The notes: generated by a model from the sequence alone, not told the origin. A DNA stretch of 28,853 bases from a virus (IMGVR_UViG_3300032216_000647:1-28853), one strand, 5' to 3'. Shown: positions 9,401-17,975, numbered from the stretch's first letter. Translations and numbers: made by a program.

Positions 9401-11570
9401 ACTGATGGGTGCATTCACTGGCGGCATGCCTGCTGGTGATGTTGGTGCGCTCGTCACTGAAGGGTTGTCAAATCTTGGCATCAACTTGCCTGTTGGCACG
9501 TTGGCCCAGAGGGCAATCGGCAATGCCGTGATTGGCACGATTTTGTCTGGTGGCGACGTTAAAAAGGGCGTACTGAATGCCGCCGCCTCATACCTTGGTG
9601 ACAAAGCCGCAAATGCGCTCCAAGAAACTGATGGCTTTAAAAACTTTATCAAAGGCTTTTCTGACAACAAAGGCATCCAGACAGCGGTGACGAATAGCGT
9701 CTTGAATGGGGTTTCAAAATTTGTCAGTGCTGGCGTCAAAGGCGAAGACATGATCACCGCCGCAGTTCTTGGCGCGGCGGCTCCATTGGTAAACCGTGTC
9801 AGCACAAGCATTCTTGCCGATACCAGCTTGTCTGATAAGACTCAAGAAACTTTGACCACTGGTGCTTCCGCCTTCATTCTTGCAAAAGCGGCAGGAAAAA
9901 ATGACAAAGATGCGTTCTTCTCAGCCGTGATGGCAACAGGAGACCCAAAGACTGCCCGTCAAGCAATCAACAAAGTTGGTGTGGTTGATAAATCAATCTT
10001 CGACAGTGGGGGTGGTGGCTCATCTGAAGAAGGCGACGGTTCGTCAGGTGGTGGCTTTGATCAAATCGTCAAAGCCTTCCAAAACAGTGACTACCAAGTC
10101 CTCAAAGACAAATACCCCGGCGTGCAAGTGGCGGGGCCGTTTGAAGACTTGCCATCTTTGAAGCCGCCAGAGTTTTTGCCGCCTTTGCAAGCCAATGAAA
10201 AAATTGCAGGCAAAGTTGAGAATCCTGACGGTTCTACAACTTATACATTGGTTGCGCGTGATCCCGATAATCCAGATGATGCAGAAAAGTTCCAACAAAA
10301 GTTGGTTACTTATGACCCTAAAGCACCAGAGGGAAAACGTCTTTATGAAACAGTCAGTTATGGCAATGCTGGCCCAAGTGAAACCATCAACATAATTGCC
10401 AGAAACTACAGGCCAAACGACTGGGTATTTACTTCTGACGATGTGACTGGTGTACCCGGAAAAGGAAAGCCGGGGAACAAAGGCACAACTACTGGGGCTG
10501 GGAATGTGGCTGGCTCCGGTAATGCCTCCGGTAATGCCTCCGGTAATGGCCCCGGAAATGGCCCGGGTAATGGCCCCGGAAATGGGCCGGGGAATGGCCC
10601 GGGGAATGGCCCCGGTAATGGCCCGGGTAATGGCCCCGGAAATGGGCCGGGAGATGGTACAGGGCCGGGGAATGGTACTGGCCCGGGTACAGGTACAGGC
10701 CCGGGTACGGGGCCGGGAACAGGCCCGGGTACGGGGCCGGGAACAGGGCCGGGAACCACGCCCACAACTCCCACTACGCCGACGACTCCCACTACGCCGA
10801 CTACACCTACTACGCCCACAACGCCGACTACGCCGACTACGCCGACTACGCCAACAACCAAGACCACATCCCCCGGCGTATCTGCGGCGATGTCATCCCC
10901 CGGCGTGGCTGACGCAATTGCCCCTATCAAGGCGATATTGATCCAGACCCTCATGACAAGGGACAACTTTCAAGATCCCCTGAAACGATTGCATTTAATA
11001 CAGGAAGCCCAGAACGCGGCTCAAAATCAAATGATGAACAACGGAGTAGATCCCAAGCTGGCTCAAATTCTGTCTAAACACATGGGTAGTGATATTGCCG
11101 CTCAGACCAACACCGATGTCGACACAGACAGATCTTGGAACATGGGCAACGAGCCAGAAAGCCTTGAAGACTTGTTCGGCGTTGGACGTGATCAAGGTTT
11201 TAAGGCTGGCGGGTTTGTGGCTCCGTTGCAGATGGCCTCTGGCGGCATGCCCCTCCCCCTCTTAGCAAAGACTGGCGGGGCGCTTCCTACCGCCGAAGGT
11301 CGTTTGGACTTCCGCCACGGCGCTCATGTGGCTGGAGAGGGTGACGGCCAGTCCGATGACATCAAAGCCATGCTGGCTGATGGCGAGTTTGTCTTCCCTG
11401 CTGACGTGGTTTCTGCACTGGGAAATGGCTCAACCAAGGCTGGTTCAGATAAACTATACGAAATGATGCACGCCATCAGAGATCGGGCGCGTTCGTCGGG
11501 GCCAAAGGATCTACCTCCTCCCGCACTGAAGTCACCATTAGATTACCTCAAGAAAGGGGTTAAAAAATGA
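6459..11570 (+). CDS. Large internal virion / DNA ejection protein (about 1703 aa), modular and low-complexity
   Basis: The likely start is ATG 6459 after GGAG. It has Gly/Ala hydrophobic helices (about 9117-9940), low-complexity linkers and a C-terminal G.GDG.SDDI.AML.DGEFV.PADVVS motif. It is the first of four consecutive genes ending in the SLT protein. Confidence 0.65.
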   Translation: MAWVIDPSSGEYVWQEDAPATPAPGALQQVTDAQPEQAAPQYSSAYQWATSDQGSGLDKMYDSINQFMGTNPNQDALQQAMAMYGVNNDDIVAARARSTAAPEVSGALEQAAIPQQSTGVTTPAPTSGLPTAKIASTTNAPETPKTSQSTAQLQASYDALKGKGTNDDMLIWVAQQVANGVTVDQLSAVSGYKPEELKPVVDKAVGTYGDGNITAEQKRFIDWKMAQSSTTGPGTQADVFAGQGIQGWYKDPTLRAQAKEQIDRAGRREALGVSADQAAQWNDPNWQKYLGTNKEAYNTAQRVLSDPAYAAKFSAETGLTGANLNAWLTGAISPETRQRQQLAESINGTLVAGPGGNNASRYSEYHKPGEAITAGETYSKQYTPEELAAVRNGMDTYRNDPASMAKFMTMYGVTKEDAGLILGISKTGMDNFLGENKDKVPTTKTDSNNLGKLANLNLGAANAFEALDDQTRKDLTTKWMQDNGVQSKVNGQTSDEQKWTPYQINGRPATLDQGHALDKSWNDYVANYNKTHDFKPFSLEKATPFNQLDKDAQNKIITGWQQQNGIAMMNKDTSGNPAFTLTNGMNVKGADAVALQNSLNKVIEGYNTAHPAPAATTTPTTTPTTTPAATPTTTPTATTTPAAPAAPKYTEVKDISEFKADDWRKSWEAGNAPAVAAMIKNISDDDLMKATGMSKEDVTYVRKSINDADFADKRAEWYPPIEVAGAMQPGYFSKGMSTSYQQLNSKRDPNAPNNVNDQTLHMADQMHRQQEAGTASAWSGGNLGIDTATLWMADELRKRGVEDAYDLGLRSVPGVDENGNPTEGTTNEIYNKKTGQTFGVVGPNNDMTFHESGKGGIKYHVTFDKDGVPVYYTTKRDSDWVQFRDAVVPVAAIVLAAWTGGLIGGETALASTAAATEAGTAATVAATEAGTAAANTAANLSYAARIGQAIGLEGTAATMAGQALISGTLSKLSGGDFFKGALMGAFTGGMPAGDVGALVTEGLSNLGINLPVGTLAQRAIGNAVIGTILSGGDVKKGVLNAAASYLGDKAANALQETDGFKNFIKGFSDNKGIQTAVTNSVLNGVSKFVSAGVKGEDMITAAVLGAAAPLVNRVSTSILADTSLSDKTQETLTTGASAFILAKAAGKNDKDAFFSAVMATGDPKTARQAINKVGVVDKSIFDSGGGGSSEEGDGSSGGGFDQIVKAFQNSDYQVLKDKYPGVQVAGPFEDLPSLKPPEFLPPLQANEKIAGKVENPDGSTTYTLVARDPDNPDDAEKFQQKLVTYDPKAPEGKRLYETVSYGNAGPSETINIIARNYRPNDWVFTSDDVTGVPGKGKPGNKGTTTGAGNVAGSGNASGNASGNGPGNGPGNGPGNGPGNGPGNGPGNGPGNGPGNGPGDGTGPGNGTGPGTGTGPGTGPGTGPGTGPGTGPGTTPTTPTTPTTPTTPTTPTTPTTPTTPTTPTTPTTKTTSPGVSAAMSSPGVADAIAPIKAILIQTLMTRDNFQDPLKRLHLIQEAQNAAQNQMMNNGVDPKLAQILSKHMGSDIAAQTNTDVDTDRSWNMGNEPESLEDLFGVGRDQGFKAGGFVAPLQMASGGMPLPLLAKTGGALPTAEGRLDFRHGAHVAGEGDGQSDDIKAMLADGEFVFPADVVSALGNGSTKAGSDKLYEMMHAIRDRARSSGPKDLPPPALKSPLDYLKKGVKK
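8290..8400 (+). repeat. Pro/Thr/Ala low-complexity linker (PAPAATTTPTTTPTTTPAATPTTT...)
   Basis: Imperfect 12-nt repeats such as acaacaacgcct lie inside the ejection protein ORF. Confidence 0.8.
9198..9256 (+). repeat. 26-bp exact direct repeat (AATEAGTAA x2, 33-nt period)
   Basis: gccgccacagaagcaggcacagccgc occurs at 9198 and at 9231. Confidence 0.85.
10518..10859 (+). repeat. Coding tandem repeats: (GNAS)2 (GNGP)9, GTGP repeats, (TTP)11
   Basis: 12-nt and 9-nt tandem units with synonymous variation, in frame in the 6459-11570 ORF. Confidence 0.95.
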
Positions 11571-12550
11571 GCATTTTCCAAGGCGAAGCGCCACCAAATG
11601 TAACGACGACCAAGACGTCAACCCCAAACGCTCCGAGCTACTACACGGACTATCTGTCCAGCCTTGCAAACGCTGGCACGGCCAACCTTGGAAAGACGCC
11701 TGACCAGCTTGTGGCTGGCTTTTCCCCATTGCAACAGCAGGCTTTTGGCAACATTAACACTGCGGCCAACTCATACCTTCCTCAACTGACCAGCGCCCAA
11801 GGAACTGCCGCTCAGGCCGCTCAGGGCATCACTGGTGCAGGCATCGAGCGTTACCTTAACCCGTACACCAGCAACGTGGTGAACGAGATGGGTCGCCTGA
11901 ACCAGCAGAACCTCCAGCAGAATCTTCTGCCCAGCCTCAAGGCAGGTTTTGTTGGTACTGGTGCTGGTGGATCTCAACGTAACGCTGGCGCTTTGGCTCA
12001 GGTTTTGGCGATGAACCAAGCCAATTTGACTGGTGAGCAGGGTAAGCAATTGTCCACTGGCTTCACAACAGCATTGGGTGCGGCCAACCAGAACGCTCAA
12101 ATCTTGAACCAAGCCGCTCAAGTTCAGGGCGCACTTGCAGACCAACAGCAACGACAGGCTCTGGGTGCAAACAAAGCCGTCATGGACGTTGGTGCTCAAC
12201 AGCAAGCCTTGGAGCAAGCCAAGATCAACGCACCGCTGACCAACGCTACAAACGTCGCTCAACTGATGCGCGGCTACACCATCCCAACGGCCACAACAGA
12301 GACCTACAACGGCCCAGCGCAAAATTATGGCCCATCGCCACTGTCTCAGATTGCTGGTCTGGGTTCACTGTTGGCTAGTGGCTTCAATAGTTCTTCTGGT
12401 TGGGGGCCTCAGCTTACTGGTTTGCTTGGCAAGTGGTTATCGAGTGCCTCATCTCAAAACCCTTTTGGAACAACGTCTGTAAGTGATCAATCTGGAGGCG
12501 AAAGCCCATATGGTGGTCAATGGATTAACGGCGAGTGGGTTCCAGATTAA
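11567..12550 (+). CDS. Putative DNA ejection/transfer protein (327 aa)
   Basis: Gln/Ala/Gly-rich helical protein with YLNPY..NVV, G..GGSQR and a C-terminal S.LSQIAGLG hydrophobic segment. It starts with an ATGA overlap. Confidence 0.6.
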   Translation: MSIFQGEAPPNVTTTKTSTPNAPSYYTDYLSSLANAGTANLGKTPDQLVAGFSPLQQQAFGNINTAANSYLPQLTSAQGTAAQAAQGITGAGIERYLNPYTSNVVNEMGRLNQQNLQQNLLPSLKAGFVGTGAGGSQRNAGALAQVLAMNQANLTGEQGKQLSTGFTTALGAANQNAQILNQAAQVQGALADQQQRQALGANKAVMDVGAQQQALEQAKINAPLTNATNVAQLMRGYTIPTATTETYNGPAQNYGPSPLSQIAGLGSLLASGFNSSSGWGPQLTGLLGKWLSSASSQNPFGTTSVSDQSGGESPYGGQWINGEWVPD

Positions 12551-12560
12551 GGATTAAGCC

Positions 12561-14219
12561 ATGGCAAGTACAAAAATACCAGCATCAGGGATTGATACCC
12601 CTGAATACGAAAAATATGTCGAGGCTCAAGAGCGCATCAAAAAGATTCTCGAAGAGCGCGAGAACCGCCTGTTTGACCCTACCTTGTTGGCAATGGCTCA
12701 GGGCTTTCTTGCGCCCACAAAGACGGGTTCTTTTGGCGAGTCCCTTGGCAACGTAGCTGGTGCTGTAGCCCCCGTCCAAGCCAATGAAGACAAGCAGGCC
12801 ATGGAGATGGCAAAGATCCGTGCTGAGATGGCCGCGCAAGAGTATGGCATGGCTCAAAAGAACCGTGCGCAATCTGCGTTTGGTGAGATAACTGGTTTCA
12901 GAAACCCAGCTTTGGCTACTGCGGGTGGCGCACCCAGCGTTCAGCCTCCACAGATTGGACAAGCCCCACAGGTTGGGCAAGCTCCTCAAGCTGGACAAGC
13001 CCCTATTGCTGGGCAGATGCCTGAGCCATCCGCTCAGCCTAATGTGCCGTCAGTTCAGGTTGCTCAAGCACCAAACGCTCCCGAAAAACAAGCCCAACCC
13101 GCTCCACCAAAAAGCGGTTATCGCCCTGTCACGATTGAATCCGCTCTAAGTTATGCGGCTCGTTTCCCAGAAGAAAAGGAGACGGCAAAGTTTTTGATGG
13201 ACGCGGCCAAGGCGGAATCTGACCGTTATGTCATTGCTCAAAACGGCACTGTGTTTGACAAGCAGACTGGTGACTATTTGAACAAGCCAGTTCCCGGCCA
13301 AACGCCATCAGACTTCTTGATCCCAGAGGTCGGTGGCAAGGTGTCCATGTTGCCGTCCCAATACCAAGAGTATTTGATTGAACGCTCCGCCAATAGGGGT
13401 AAACAGTGGATCAGCGATTTCATGTCGCCAGAAGGCGGAAAAGGAAACACTCAAGCCTCTGGCCCACCTTTGACTACAGCACAGCTTGAAGCAAGAGCAA
13501 AACAACTGAGCCAAACCGCAGAGCTTCGCGCAAAGGGTGAGAACGAGCGGTTCCAAAACGTGATCAACGCTGGCGCAGACGCTTCGCAAAAAATTGCCTC
13601 TTACAACTCAACCCTGAAGATCCTTGACAGGCCCGGCATGGACAAGGTCGTTGGTATTTTTGAGCGGCCAGATTTTACATCTGCTGTTTCCAAGTACTTT
13701 GAGTCGAACAACACGATGGGCCTTGGCAACATCCGCAAGATCATGACTGATCTGAACGTGCCGCAAGACGTCATTGAAAACACTCAATTGTTGGCCTCTC
13801 AGATTGCCCAGACCAACTTCCAATTGCGTGGCTTGGCTAAGGGTCAGGGCGCAATATCTGACTTTGAGTCGAAGTTGTTTGAAGCGATGGGCTTGGGCAT
13901 GAGCGACAACCTGCCAACCATGCGCAAGAAGTTGGAGATGATGAGAATTCGCTCCGAGTTTGAGCGTGACACCGCTCGTGAATTGCGCAAGTCCAAGATG
14001 GATGCCGACGATTTCCGTGACTCCAAGGAATTCACAAAGCTGTACGAATCGTACTTGGGTAGACTGCAAAATGTTCTTACTCCTGAGCAAGTGCAGAAGG
14101 CGCGTGTTGAAGCCAGTCAAGCATCTGGTCAAGCATCACCAGCCTCCTCACAAGCAGGCATGTCAAAGGCCGAGAGCGCGTATGAAAAAGAGCGTCGTGA
14201 ACGCGGCCACACGAGGTAA
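12561..14219 (+). CDS. Putative DNA ejection protein, coiled-coil (552 aa)
   Basis: N-terminal LLAMAQGFLAPT.TG.FGESLG, a Pro/Gln linker with GQAPQ repeats, a KGQGAISDFE motif and charged helices. Its position is in the ejection cluster. Confidence 0.6.
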   Translation: MASTKIPASGIDTPEYEKYVEAQERIKKILEERENRLFDPTLLAMAQGFLAPTKTGSFGESLGNVAGAVAPVQANEDKQAMEMAKIRAEMAAQEYGMAQKNRAQSAFGEITGFRNPALATAGGAPSVQPPQIGQAPQVGQAPQAGQAPIAGQMPEPSAQPNVPSVQVAQAPNAPEKQAQPAPPKSGYRPVTIESALSYAARFPEEKETAKFLMDAAKAESDRYVIAQNGTVFDKQTGDYLNKPVPGQTPSDFLIPEVGGKVSMLPSQYQEYLIERSANRGKQWISDFMSPEGGKGNTQASGPPLTTAQLEARAKQLSQTAELRAKGENERFQNVINAGADASQKIASYNSTLKILDRPGMDKVVGIFERPDFTSAVSKYFESNNTMGLGNIRKIMTDLNVPQDVIENTQLLASQIAQTNFQLRGLAKGQGAISDFESKLFEAMGLGMSDNLPTMRKKLEMMRIRSEFERDTARELRKSKMDADDFRDSKEFTKLYESYLGRLQNVLTPEQVQKARVEASQASGQASPASSQAGMSKAESAYEKERRERGHTR

Positions 14220-14228
14220 GGAACCAAC

Positions 14229-15686
14229 ATGGATCTGTCAAAACTCTCGGAAGAGCAATTTCGCATCTACGGTCAGGTTCTGAAGGCAACCAAAAAAGCT
14301 GGATTGAACCCTGACTTTGTCATGCCCATGGTGATGCATGAGAGCGGCTTCAATCAGAACATTGTCTCCCCAAAGGGTGCTGTTGGCATTTTCCAATTAA
14401 CGCCAGATCGAGCAAAGTCGTTGGGTGTTGATCCAAAGGTTGAAGAGCAGAACATTGATGGCGGTCTTCGCTTCATCAAGCAGTTGGCTGAGAACAAAAA
14501 AATCAACGGCGATCCAGACAAGATCATTGCCGCGTACAACGCTGGCCCTGACACAAAGTTTGTGATAACCCGTAACGTCAAAGACCTACCTGATGAAACT
14601 TTGAATCACTTGGCAAAAGTCGAGAAAACGGCTGGCGGTAGCATTCCTTCGCCTTTTGTTGTTCAGACAGAAGCAACATCTGACCAAACAAAACAACCCG
14701 AACCCAAGCCAATTCCAGATGCCATACCAGCGGCTGACCTGAAGAGCAAACTCATCATGGGCGGTGCTGGCGCTATGTCTGGCGCGGCTTTGGGTACTCC
14801 TGTTCAGGGCGGAATGGTTCTCAAAAAGATGGGTAATACCATCAGTGGCCTTCAAAACGCCATTGAACAGCTTAACGCTTCTACGGCCCCTGCAACATCA
14901 GCCGCGCCTTCCACTCCGGTAGGCGGCGGTATGTCAGTTGCTGATGAGCAGGCAAGCCGCATCTTGCGTGGAACGACTGGCGATGCAGGCACAACTGGCC
15001 GCGCACGGATGGTTGGCTTTAACACCGAGACATCTCAGAGTGCGGCGGCTAAAAATCAAGCTCAGAAAGTCATTGATGTCTTGCGTCAATCAGGCCAAGT
15101 GGCTCAGGACGCGCCCGAGTTTTTTGCCCAACAGCCCGGCTTGACGTCCAGCCCACATGGCGTTGTCTACCCACGATCCACTCCAGCCCCCACAGTAGGC
15201 CCACGCGGCCCTTTGGGAGAGATTGGAGGGGTAAGGCCACCAGCGCCCCGCGTATCGGGCCTAGACGCCGCAAAAAGCCTGTTCATGGACATGATGCGCA
15301 CTGGCAAGGAAATGACGTCTGTTGTGCCCGATTTGGGCGGATTGGCTACACGGACTGGCGAAATGATGCGCAGACTCCCAATTGTGTCTGGCCCACTGGC
15401 TGGTTTTGCCCTTGGGGCTGAGTTTCCTGAGCTTGAGACTGGTTTGCGTGCCAAGAATCCAGACTACACGGATGTCGGCCTAACTGCCGCTGGGATGCTG
15501 GGGACACTTGGTTCCTTCACGCCTGCCGCACCTTTGGCCGCGCCCGTATCTATTGGCGCACCAATCGCACGGGAGATCCGCAGGCAAAACAGAGAGATTG
15601 AGCGCAACCCATCGGCTTACACCGAAACATTGCAGAACGCTTTGTCAAACACCGACCCAATGGGATCACCGCTTCCTATGCAATAA
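14229..15686 (+). CDS. Virion-associated lytic transglycosylase (N-terminal SLT domain) / ejection protein (485 aa)
   Basis: The SLT motifs HESGFN..VSPKGAVGIFQL.P and IAAYNAG are present. The C-terminal half has Gly/Ala hydrophobic segments. SD AAGGA. Confidence 0.85.
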   Translation: MDLSKLSEEQFRIYGQVLKATKKAGLNPDFVMPMVMHESGFNQNIVSPKGAVGIFQLTPDRAKSLGVDPKVEEQNIDGGLRFIKQLAENKKINGDPDKIIAAYNAGPDTKFVITRNVKDLPDETLNHLAKVEKTAGGSIPSPFVVQTEATSDQTKQPEPKPIPDAIPAADLKSKLIMGGAGAMSGAALGTPVQGGMVLKKMGNTISGLQNAIEQLNASTAPATSAAPSTPVGGGMSVADEQASRILRGTTGDAGTTGRARMVGFNTETSQSAAAKNQAQKVIDVLRQSGQVAQDAPEFFAQQPGLTSSPHGVVYPRSTPAPTVGPRGPLGEIGGVRPPAPRVSGLDAAKSLFMDMMRTGKEMTSVVPDLGGLATRTGEMMRRLPIVSGPLAGFALGAEFPELETGLRAKNPDYTDVGLTAAGMLGTLGSFTPAAPLAAPVSIGAPIAREIRRQNREIERNPSAYTETLQNALSNTDPMGSPLPMQ

Positions 15687-15722
15687 CTCCATTCCAAAGC
15701 AGTTGCCCATGGCTTTGGTTTA

Positions 15723-15746
15723 GGCCACCTTCGGGTGGTCTTTTTT
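15723..15746 (+). terminator. Rho-independent terminator ending the late operon
   Basis: ggccacc-TTCG-ggtggtc stem (cUUCGg tetraloop) followed by T6, at the point where the + and - gene blocks converge. Confidence 0.9.
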
Positions 15747-15969
15747 ATGCGTTGCCGCCTGTGCAACTGAGCAACAGCATGGTGTGTCGGCTCTGCTCTT
15801 CCATTTCGTCTATGGCGCAGTCGTACCCATGCAATGAAACAAGCGTGAACAGCTTGGCCCGGTAAGCCTCTTCGGACTTACAGCCGTTGTCGTAGCAGAT
15901 CGAAAGCTCTCTGATGGCTTCCCAATCGGCTAGAAGTTCGCCGTTCTCGTCAATTTTCATCAAGATCAT
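15745..15969 (-). CDS. Hypothetical protein (about 74 aa)
   Basis: Last gene of the leftward operon. The likely start is ATG 15969 or 15960, overlapping the upstream gene end, and its stop overlaps the terminator T-tract. Confidence 0.6.
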   Translation of the reverse strand: MILMKIDENGELLADWEAIRELSICYDNGCKSEEAYRAKLFTLVSLHGYDCAIDEMEEQSRHTMLLLSCTGGNA

Positions 15970-16186
15970 GTTCAAAACGCTTGGCGTCCACAAGGTCGTC
16001 AAACTTGTGGCACTCTTCGCGGGATCGTGGATCTGCTTCAAATTCTAACTTTTTGGCAAAGTCTCGTACAGCGTAGTACCTCTGCGAGTCCTCGTCCATG
16101 GCCTTGAGCTTGTCCAGAAAGAGGGGAAGCTGACTTGGCTTCCACCCCTCTCCGAACAGTTCCGTGACGAACTGCTTGGGCGTCAC
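15950..16186 (-). CDS. Hypothetical protein (78 aa)
   Basis: GTGA overlap with the upstream gene and part of a tightly tiled operon. Confidence 0.65.
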   Translation of the reverse strand: MTPKQFVTELFGEGWKPSQLPLFLDKLKAMDEDSQRYYAVRDFAKKLEFEADPRSREECHKFDDLVDAKRFEHDLDEN

Positions 16187-16410
16187 AGGTTCTCTCGGTA
16201 CTCATCCAGCGCCCGAGCGACGTTGGGGTTGAGCGAGTTCACGAACTTCACGCACATGGCACGCTCGGTGCGCACGATGGAAGGCATCGCGGCCATAATG
16301 AAGGCGTCGGCCATCTTCTGCAAGTCGTCCTCAAGGAAGTCGTGCAACTCCTCAAGGTGGACATTGCGGAAGGCTTCGTTGATCTCACTGGGGCTGAGGT
16401 ACGGATTCAT
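16183..16410 (-). CDS. Hypothetical phage protein (75 aa)
   Basis: Tiled operon. The LEDDL.K.A.AF...ER..C..FV.SLN pattern is protein-like. Confidence 0.7.
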   Translation of the reverse strand: MNPYLSPSEINEAFRNVHLEELHDFLEDDLQKMADAFIMAAMPSIVRTERAMCVKFVNSLNPNVARALDEYRENL

Positions 16411-16690
16411 TTTGCTTCTCTGCTTTCTTGCGTGCGTGCCACTTTCTCATGTACTCGCTTTGTTTCTTGCGTCGTTCAAACATTTTCTTGGCTTGATCTT
16501 CAATTTCCGCTTTGGTTGTCGCTATTTTTTTTGCGGATTTCAATATTTGAACTTGGTTTGAATCTAAAACAGATACCGCTTCTCTTAAATCATCCAGCAA
16601 TTCCATTTTCTTTTTTAAATCTTCGACCACGCTCTCAAGCTCACAAAGAACGTCAATCATTTGCTTTTTTTCACGTTTCGAGATAAACAT
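16385..16690 (-). CDS. Coiled-coil protein with basic C-terminal helix (101 aa)
   Basis: ATG 16690 is preceded by SD AAGGAGA. The tail RRKKQSEYMRKWHARKK suggests nucleic-acid binding. Confidence 0.7.
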   Translation of the reverse strand: MFISKREKKQMIDVLCELESVVEDLKKKMELLDDLREAVSVLDSNQVQILKSAKKIATTKAEIEDQAKKMFERRKKQSEYMRKWHARKKAEKQNESVPQPQ

Positions 16691-16700
16691 AATTTTCTCC

Positions 16701-16868
16701 TTACCACCAACCAAACCAAATTCCCGTGCCATGAATGTTGGCAACAGGGAACACGATAGCGCCTGCAATCAAGAAGCCCCATGCGGCTGTTTTTATGCAA
16801 GTCACAATGTGCGTGACCCATGATGCAAACCACCACAGAACCAACGCCGCTCCGAATAAGTCGTCCAT
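16701..16868 (-). CDS. Small two-helix membrane protein (55 aa)
   Basis: ATG 16868 with SD GAGGT. The product MDDLFGAALVLWWFASWVTHIVTC..WGFLIAGAIVFP..HG.GIWFGWW is hydrophobic and Trp-rich. Confidence 0.7.
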   Translation of the reverse strand: MDDLFGAALVLWWFASWVTHIVTCIKTAAWGFLIAGAIVFPVANIHGTGIWFGWW

Positions 16869-16875
16869 ATAGACC

Positions 16876-17637
16876 TCACTTGTGTTTGTTCTTCGCCTGC
16901 CAGTATTTGAGCAAGCTGTAGAACATTTCCCAACCACGGGCAAGGTCGTCTTGTGACCACTCCTTGACCACCGCAAGCCCCGGCTCGGTAACGCTCACAA
17001 ACACGTTTGCGCACCTTGCCTTGGGCAAGTTCATCCCCACCCGATAGGCGGCGAGTTGCATCAGATGCTCGTCATACGCCTCTACCTTTTCTGGGTCGGT
17101 AAATTCTTTCGTCTTGAAGTCCAGCACGATGCCGTCGCCTTCACTTGAACTCAAGTCCAGCTTCCCGCCGAAGCCAAGCTCGTGGCCGAACGACTTCTCG
17201 GTGTCCCACTCAGGGCTTCCGAAGACCTCCTCGACCACGCCGTACACGCCAGCCTGATACTCGACCATGTGCGCCAGCATGACGCCGCCGTAAAACTTCT
17301 CCAGCGCCTCGTGGATCTCTGTGCCCCGCTGAGCCGCCGCCCGTGCGTGTTCCTTGGAGTCCTTGATGACGCGCTGTATATACGCCTCTTCAGCCTCTTC
17401 TGGAGCGCGTGGCAGGGTCATGGAGGCCAACATCATCTGATTGAGCTTCCAAGCCTCTAGACCGGGCTTGGCGGCGCATCCAATGATGGTGGTCACCGAT
17501 GGCACAAGATTCATCTTCCGAGCGTCCGCCAGTGTGGTGTTCCGCTGGTTTCCGTTCTTGGCCGTGACGGTGTACTGAGGCTTGCCGTCTCGGTTGTACC
17601 AATGCAGGCTCTCGCTTGCTCTTACCATGATGGTCAT
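16876..17637 (-). CDS. PD-(D/E)XK (RecB/Cas4-like) exonuclease (253 aa)
   Basis: The motifs PSVTTI, RGTEIH, E.SF...GFGGKLDL, VLDFKTK and QLAAY are present. Confidence 0.85.
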   Translation of the reverse strand: MTIMVRASESLHWYNRDGKPQYTVTAKNGNQRNTTLADARKMNLVPSVTTIIGCAAKPGLEAWKLNQMMLASMTLPRAPEEAEEAYIQRVIKDSKEHARAAAQRGTEIHEALEKFYGGVMLAHMVEYQAGVYGVVEEVFGSPEWDTEKSFGHELGFGGKLDLSSSEGDGIVLDFKTKEFTDPEKVEAYDEHLMQLAAYRVGMNLPKARCANVFVSVTEPGLAVVKEWSQDDLARGWEMFYSLLKYWQAKNKHK

Positions 17638-17975
17638 TGAGTCCCCTTGTTGATGATGTAAATTGTTTGCTTGCGCCCAGTTCTGGACGAAACCCGTTTG
17701 CCGATCGCCAAAATTATTCCGTTCCTGCGCATGGGGGCAAACCGCGGCTGGATGCTGTGGACTCTGCGGTGAGGGAGCATCTCCACGACTTGGTCATAGA
17801 TGCACCCAGACGGGAAGTGAGAGATGGCCCAATAGACCTCCTCCTCCACCTTCCCAATGTCCAAATACATGGCCGCTGTATGGCTGGTCAACGGGTCTGT
17901 GTTTCTGGACTTTGGTTCTTTGAGTCGCTTGCGTGGCGGCTCATCAAACAGATCCATAGTTCTGTTGTCAGTCAT
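17634..17975 (-). CDS. Winged-helix DNA-binding protein (113 aa)
   Basis: ATG 17975 with SD GGAGG. R.TDP.TSH.AA is followed by PRFA.M.R.G.I..G.R...GRKQ.IY, a wHTH pattern. Confidence 0.7.
   Translation of the reverse strand: MTDNRTMDLFDEPPRKRLKEPKSRNTDPLTSHTAAMYLDIGKVEEEVYWAISHFPSGCIYDQVVEMLPHRRVHSIQPRFAPMRRNGIILAIGKRVSSRTGRKQTIYIINKGTQ

Noticed and set aside
10406-10966. Antisense and alternative-frame ORFs over the GNGP/TTP repeat (186, 163, 92 aa)
   Set aside because: These are shadow ORFs caused by stop-free tandem repeats within the large + strand gene.
16876-17637. Cas4-like nuclease as part of a CRISPR system
   Set aside because: There is no Fe-S cysteine cluster, array or other cas gene. 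It is a standard phage PD-(D/E)XK exonuclease.
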